A stretch of 63,290 nt of DNA, counting the filler, from Collodictyon triciliatum (Eukaryota), in assembly GCA_043381765.1 (NCBI GenBank). It is 8 parts of 8 records of this genome, joined end to end, with 100 filler letters (N's around TTAATTAATTAA, not from the genome) between each part and the next. Parts side by side here need not be neighbours in the genome. Positions count along the whole stretch, not along the records: positions 51,520 to 59,694 come from JBHJMP010003553.1; positions 59,795 to 63,290 come from JBHJMP010003628.1; 6 more parts are not named here. One strand, given 5' to 3'. Shown one piece after another: positions 57,549 through 63,290 of the stretch. Every line of letters starts with the position of its first letter. Position 1 is the first letter of the stretch. Position numbers and translations under genes: made by a program. Under the pieces are notes generated by a model. The model did no database searches. It saw only the letters and a list, made by a program, of their open reading frames with translations, and was not told the origin of the DNA.

Positions 57549-58753
57549 TCAACAACATTTTGCTTTTGTTGGCTCCTCAGACTGTGGAGAGTCCAGCTGA
57601 ATGATTCCCGAGTCTTTGCTTCCAGTCCCGGGCTCTTTGTAGTTTGGAATCATACAAACAGTAAGAGTGTTCATAGCTTCGGTAATGTTGGAATCGTCCT
57701 TGGCTGATGTTTCAAACCTATTATACATTTATTGGGGTAAAAAATAATTCGATTTTAAGAGAAAATATATTGCAACTTTATGGGGATATTAGTACCATGA
57801 CAAGAAGCCGTTGGCCTTTGCGACTTCTTCAATTTCTTCTGTGCTGATTTCCCTTTGTGTACTTGCATCACTCTGTGATGTGGTCGTTTTATAATGACAG
57901 CTTATCTTGAGACAATTGTATTACATCATATTGTCAACATATAGGCTAAACACAAAGGGATTTCATATATTCTCCCTGTTGTAAATAAAATTGAGAAAAA
58001 GTGACTGTGCCTTGTTTGCTAAGAGAATAGCAGGGACGGGACTGTCTCCGTTTGGATTCAGTTTCGCATCGACTTCTTGCTTCCATCTTATGGCACCCTG
58101 TAATTAAATCGTTGTGTTACTGTTATTTATAAACTATCATTCAATACTGGAAATATACTATTCATATTTCACTTTGAATCGAATAAAGGAAAAAAATCAT
58201 ATTTTGTGCCAAAGACCATAATGCATCGCACAGGTTTTTTTTTTTTTAGAATAATAAATCCTACTTCAAGTGTTTTTCTGGATGTAAGTGAAAAAACTAC
58301 AACAACGCCATTCGCTTCCTTAAAATAGACATGTGTCATCATTCCAAACCTATCCTGGCCTATTTACAAGAAATAAAGCTTATGAACAGAATAACTAATC
58401 TGAAAAGGTGAGAAAAATACTTTTACTTCTCAAAGTAAATGATTCATTTAGTGATATAGTTGATTCAATAGAACAATTTATAAATGTCATGTCATATCAA
58501 AATTGTCCAACTGTTCTAATAGGTTCTTTTAGCATGTATTGTACCTGCAATATCCCATAGCTTGAGAAGGTATTCCCGAAACACGCACGTTAGTTTTTCC
58601 ACGAATGACAGAGCTTATTTGCGTATTTGTATCCATACGAAAATTACATATAATTAGTTGAAAATGGATACCTGCAAGCGGACGAATGAATTGTCTTCCC
58701 ATTCCAAAATCTTTACAGAGAAATCAACTACGGCACAAAGATTACATATTATG

Positions 58754-58784
<31 letters not shown>

Positions 58785-59489
58785 AAAGAAAAAAAAGAGT
58801 TGCTAATACATACACATTTATGCTCGACAAGAGGAAATCTATAGAGCACTTGATCTTTAACGGTTATAAGATAAAAGAGTATGAAAATGGCAGTAACCTC
58901 CGATGGTATATCTGTATTTATTGCTAAACACATTATCTACATAGCGTCGTATTGTCGATGTCTTCCCTAAGATGCAAAAAGGAAAAACAAAATGGCATCA
59001 GCCTCGACGCCCGTAACCATATTTTGTGAGGATATTAGCCCAATAACACCGGCTACTTTTTCATGTGAGCAATATTAACATGATTCATATGTATTTAGAC
59101 TATTTACCAACAGCAGGATCTCCAATTACAATAACCTGATTAAAAATGATTAATAAAAATCAGAAAAGTCAACAAAATGTTCAAAATGTTCCAAAAAGTG
59201 TTGTTTTGTTTTGTTTTGTTTTGTTTTGTTTATTTATTTTTTAAAAAAATAAAAGACCTAATCAATACAGAAAAAAATATATACAAAAATATACAAACGT
59301 TCGGGAAATAAACAATGTGAAGTAGCATATGGAAGCGAATAGGCTATCTTTATATATATTTCTATTTCCCGCTACCTTAAATATCATCTCCTTCGGCTGT
59401 GATGAACAATTCACAATCACAAACTGGTTGCCTGATCGCCGTTCTGAGTGCTGCCGAGAAAGCGGCGACGAATAAGTTTCTCCACTCAT
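57549..59489 (-). CDS. Rab32/38-like GTPase, 9 exons
   Basis: GDPAVGKT, TIGVDFSVK, WDIAGQDRFGMMTHVYFKEA (the WDIAGQ signature of the Rab32/38 group), ANK|SD, WFETSAK and C-terminal CC*. One GC-AG intron (58010-57873). Confidence 0.93.
58162..58204 (+). mobile_element. Tiny retroposon-like 3'-end insertion with 8-bp target-site duplication (intronic)
   Basis: TCATATTT (58162-58169 and 58197-58204) flanks CACTTTGAATCGAATAAAGGAAAAAAA. Confidence 0.6.
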
Positions 59490-59794
59490 CCGACCCGTCT
59501 ACCTTCTTCAAAAGAGTACGCACGTAAGATACCGAAGAAGGAGAAGGAAGAAAAAGAAGAAAAGAAGAAAAAGAAGAAAAAGAAGAAAAAGAAAAGAAAA
59601 GAAAAGAAAAGAAAAGAAAAGAAAAGAAAAGAAAAGAAAAGAAAAGAAAAGAAAAGAAAAGAAAAGAAAAGAAAAGAAAAGAAAAAGAAAAGAGNNNNNN
59701 NNNNNNNNNNNNNNNNNNNNNNNNNNNNNNNNNNNNNNTTAATTAATTAANNNNNNNNNNNNNNNNNNNNNNNNNNNNNNNNNNNNNNNNNNNN

Positions 59795-59888
<94 letters not shown>

Positions 59889-59919
59889 GGAAGAATATTC
59901 AAACAAAGTTGCAAGACGA

Positions 59920-62900
59920 ATACATTCGATTCATATTCACTGTCGAACAGGAAAGTTCCAAAGCGACAAGAATACACGTGCTCACTCAGAAAAATTAAGA
60001 GTTTTTCACTGAATTGAAATGAACATGGGTATTGGCGAATTATCTAATATAAGTATTGTGATATGGTTTAGTATTTCTTTTCTTGAGATAAAAAAAAAGT
60101 GGTATATAATTCAAGAATATTATATGGGCTTGGTGTTCGTCTTGGTTTATTGAGTTGTAAAGGACAGACTTCTTTACAAAATAGAAATTACAAGAATAAT
60201 ACCTGAAAAACACAGTCTAGCCATTGTGTGAAAATCGGTGCAGTTTGCGTATTTGTTTTCTTCTCGCGAACACCATGACAGCTTCGTGTGGCGAATTTGT
60301 GTCTGGTGATTATAGTGTAGAAAATCAGTGTGCACTCGATCTGGTCATAACGAACGAGCTCTTTTATACCAACAATAAATTGACTCTCGAGGCGATAATG
60401 AAAGATAGCAGAATCACACGAATACAGAACAGTACACACCCGAATGATATCCATTCTTTCTGTATGAGTGTGATGAATCCAATGATGCTGCGGTAGAAAG
60501 GATCAATCATAAGCTGTGCTAGAGCAACCAGCTGGGGCGTACGGTCCCATCCATCGCTGCAATGGACTAGAACAGAGGCCCCCTTCTTTGTTACCATGGA
60601 TACCGCTTTTGAAGCAGCGCTCATAATGCAAGAGATGTGGTAGAGCCATTGCCCAGACTCTAGATTTGATAGAAATCGATCGTCTGATGTGGCACCATTA
60701 TAAAGCTCTGTTGTCTTTCTGAAGCTATCACGAACAGCATGCAGGTTTTCGATGTTCTATTGTTTTCGTTGAATAGGATAATTATTTGTCATTTTCTTTT
60801 CTTTTGGCTTTTCTCTCTGTGTGTCTCATTTCTTTTACTTTTGTAAGTCTTCATAATTAAATATCCGTCCATTTTACTTGATAATATCAGGACATCCAGT
60901 ATACATTTCGCCATTTGGTCGGTATGACTCGGCATGCTATTTTGAAAACAAGTGATTTTCACTAACCAGGAAATCGAGCTTCACTTCTTTTTGATTTTCT
61001 CGTGCGTGCCGTTCGAGTAATCCTATGTCTTCGGTCCTTTTTTTTTTTTTTTGAAAAAATGGTATCAAAAAACTTGTGGAAATATAAAGTAGAGTGTGGA
61101 TTTGATATCATGGAGTACATTATGGGTAATTATTACATACATGTATGTGAATTTAAGTGAACATACAAAAGTCAAATTATTCGAAAAATAGTTAAAACGC
61201 TATTCTTTTTTTTTTAAAAAAAAAACTCGAATGAAAGAGGAGATTGGATATAAAGCGTGTGAATTATTGTAGTAAATGTCTTACCCAGCACCTTTGAGTG
61301 TGTTTCCCAAAGCATTTAGAGCAGGTCTTGCATCAAGAATATAAGCAAACTATTTTGGATATAAGTCCGTTTGAAATTGGATTATGACAAGTATTTTAAT
61401 CATTCAGTTATTGATTTGGTCTTCCCTTCGATGTGTGCGAGACAAATTAATTTTTACGAAGCGATAGATATATATAATGATTTCTTTGAGTTTCCAATTC
61501 AAAAGACTAAATCGAAACAGGTGATTCATACGTCGGTGGAAGCAAATATAGCTTTTAAAAGCTTTAAGTCTTCCTCACAAACTCTTCCCGATAGTCCTGT
61601 CTTAATATTGATAGGCAAAAGGAACAAGATAAAAATGTATACCGAGATAATGTCGTCAGTAATATAGTTGGGAAGATTGATAGGGACAGTTACAAAGCAT
61701 GTATTGTGCTTCGTCTCATTTTCTTACATTCCTTCAGAATTACGTAAATATCGGGTAGCAAACCCTCGCATTAAGTTAAAGACAAACCAAGGGCTGGCTT
61801 GAGCGACAGATTACAGAGTTCTTGTGTGGATGTTTCCAGCACAAGGTGGGAATCCGGCCTCGTGACCTGAACTTCGCTACTATACTAATTTCATCGTCCG
61901 TAATAGCCTCAGGAACCTTGGAAAAAGGGGATTGCGAGACTTAAATAGTTTACATGAACAGAATCATATTGATCATATTCTCAGTAGTTTGTTTATATTT
62001 AATAAGAATTTATAACCCATTAAAAGAATACATAATTCATGAAAATAGATATGGCATGTTCAGTGAATTAACCCTATCAATTGGTATATGGGTTACAAAC
62101 CACCAAGAAAGATGGATATGTGTCGCACAGTTCGTATGATGAATTTATGTTTGTTATTCTCCACCCTTTCGAGGTTGCTCCAAGTCGTTTAAACTCTGTC
62201 ACAGCATCGTAAATCGTCCTGTACAATTAATAGGATTTTTACAAGAAATATATTGATGACAGGGAAAATCGGGTGCGGATGTAATTATAATAATATTGGA
62301 ACAGTTTGTTCTTTTAAATTTGTTTAATCTCTCCCATTATTCTGGGGCAATATAACAGATAAAATAAGTTTTTCTTGTACCATCCTTCTCCATATTTCTG
62401 CTCGATGCTGTATTTTTCCTTGTTTTGAAAAGCAAATAGTTGCTGGTAGTCGTTTTCTCGATAAGAAAGTGGGAAACATATAGGGATAAAATAAGACAGA
62501 ATCTCGTGTCTTCGAGCCTACATCGACAATAGATGCACACCAATAAAAATGAAGGTCTTGATAGAACCCAACACCATATAAATATTGTGAACGATGAAAT
62601 TCAGTTATAGCATGCTTTTTATTCTATAAGTAATGATAATAAACTTTATCGGCAAACCTCCCCATCAGCACCATTGCAGCATATTACGGTGGACTGGCCG
62701 TCCTTGCAAAGGATCCATATTTGATATCCGTGTGTATCGTGATATTGCAAAGGCTCCACTTTAAGGATGCAGCCAATATGGAACTGCAAAAGAGAATATG
62801 ATAAGGGGAAATCCATGCAGATCTATCAAATCGTTCGTAAGTGTTCGCCATCATAAACGACTTATTGCAACTGAAGAACTGAATATTGGTATTTAGAAAC

Positions 62901-62920
62901 CAAGAATACCCAACTATGGC
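59920..62920 (-). CDS. Myotubularin-family phosphoinositide 3-phosphatase, active type (multi-exon, partial at both ends)
   Basis: VLVHCSDGWDRTPQL active site, KEWISFG|HKF, APIFTQWLDCVFQ, FRSRGRIP and YSCRFGTFL. An upstream PH-GRAM-like exon (IGCILKVE...ILCKD) lies near 62690-62790. Confidence 0.93.
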
Positions 62921-63019
62921 AGACAGAAAATACACAAGACACAAATAAAAAAAAATAGGGGCTGCAAACAACTTTGAAAAATAAAATCTTAAATTGAAAT
63001 GATACCTTTCAATGTAAAT

Positions 63020-63107
63020 TTGTCTATTTATTTGTCTATTTGTTTATTTGCTTATTATTTGTTTGTTTGTTTATTATTTATTATTTATTATTTATTATTT
63101 ATTATTT

Positions 63108-63139
<32 letters not shown>

Positions 63140-63202
63140 TTATTTATTATTTATTTGTTTGTTTGTTTGTTTGTTTGTTTATTATTTATTTATTATTTAT
63201 TT

Positions 63203-63290
<88 letters not shown>
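63020..63290. repeat. (TTTA/TTTG)n simple-repeat tract
   Basis: Directly visible. Similar simple repeats terminate several scaffolds (26510-26582, 43043-43144, 59590-59694, 59795-59887). Confidence 0.9.

Noticed and set aside
51541-59489. MVD, NDUFA2, NHL and Rab32 as a functional gene cluster (MVD and NDUFA2 stops only ~116 bp apart)
   Set aside because: Unrelated functions; tight spacing is ordinary for a compact protist genome.

Overview
Intron-rich, AT-rich nuclear DNA of a eukaryote, probably a protist; CEP44 and NDUFA2 point to centrioles and respiratory complex I. The window is not contiguous. It is a concatenation of about 8.18-kb scaffolds joined by artificial 100-bp linkers (N44-TTAATTAATTAA-N44), so adjacency across linkers is meaningless. 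Genes I could splice or recognise by eye: a double-domain degenerate nucleotide cyclase, CDPF1, two Rab GTPases, a Vps10/sortilin receptor, CEP44, an acyltransferase-3 gene with a frameshift, a decayed bacterial-type metallo-beta-lactamase-fold gene, CCDC6-like, a RAD6/UBC2-like E2, a VASt protein, MVD, NDUFA2, an NHL-repeat protein and a myotubularin. Most notable: (1) a signal-peptide protein with seven near-identical WD40 repeats, variable at HET-E-like positions, on a long Cys-rich stalk (candidate variable surface receptor); (2) a 699-aa SPX-RING protein with a putative STAT/CudA-like DNA-binding domain (candidate one-component phosphate-sensing regulator); (3) an intronless pseudokinase frame interrupted only by TAA/TAG; (4) tiny retroposon 3'-end insertions with target-site duplications in introns. 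All family assignments come from motif recognition, not database searches.
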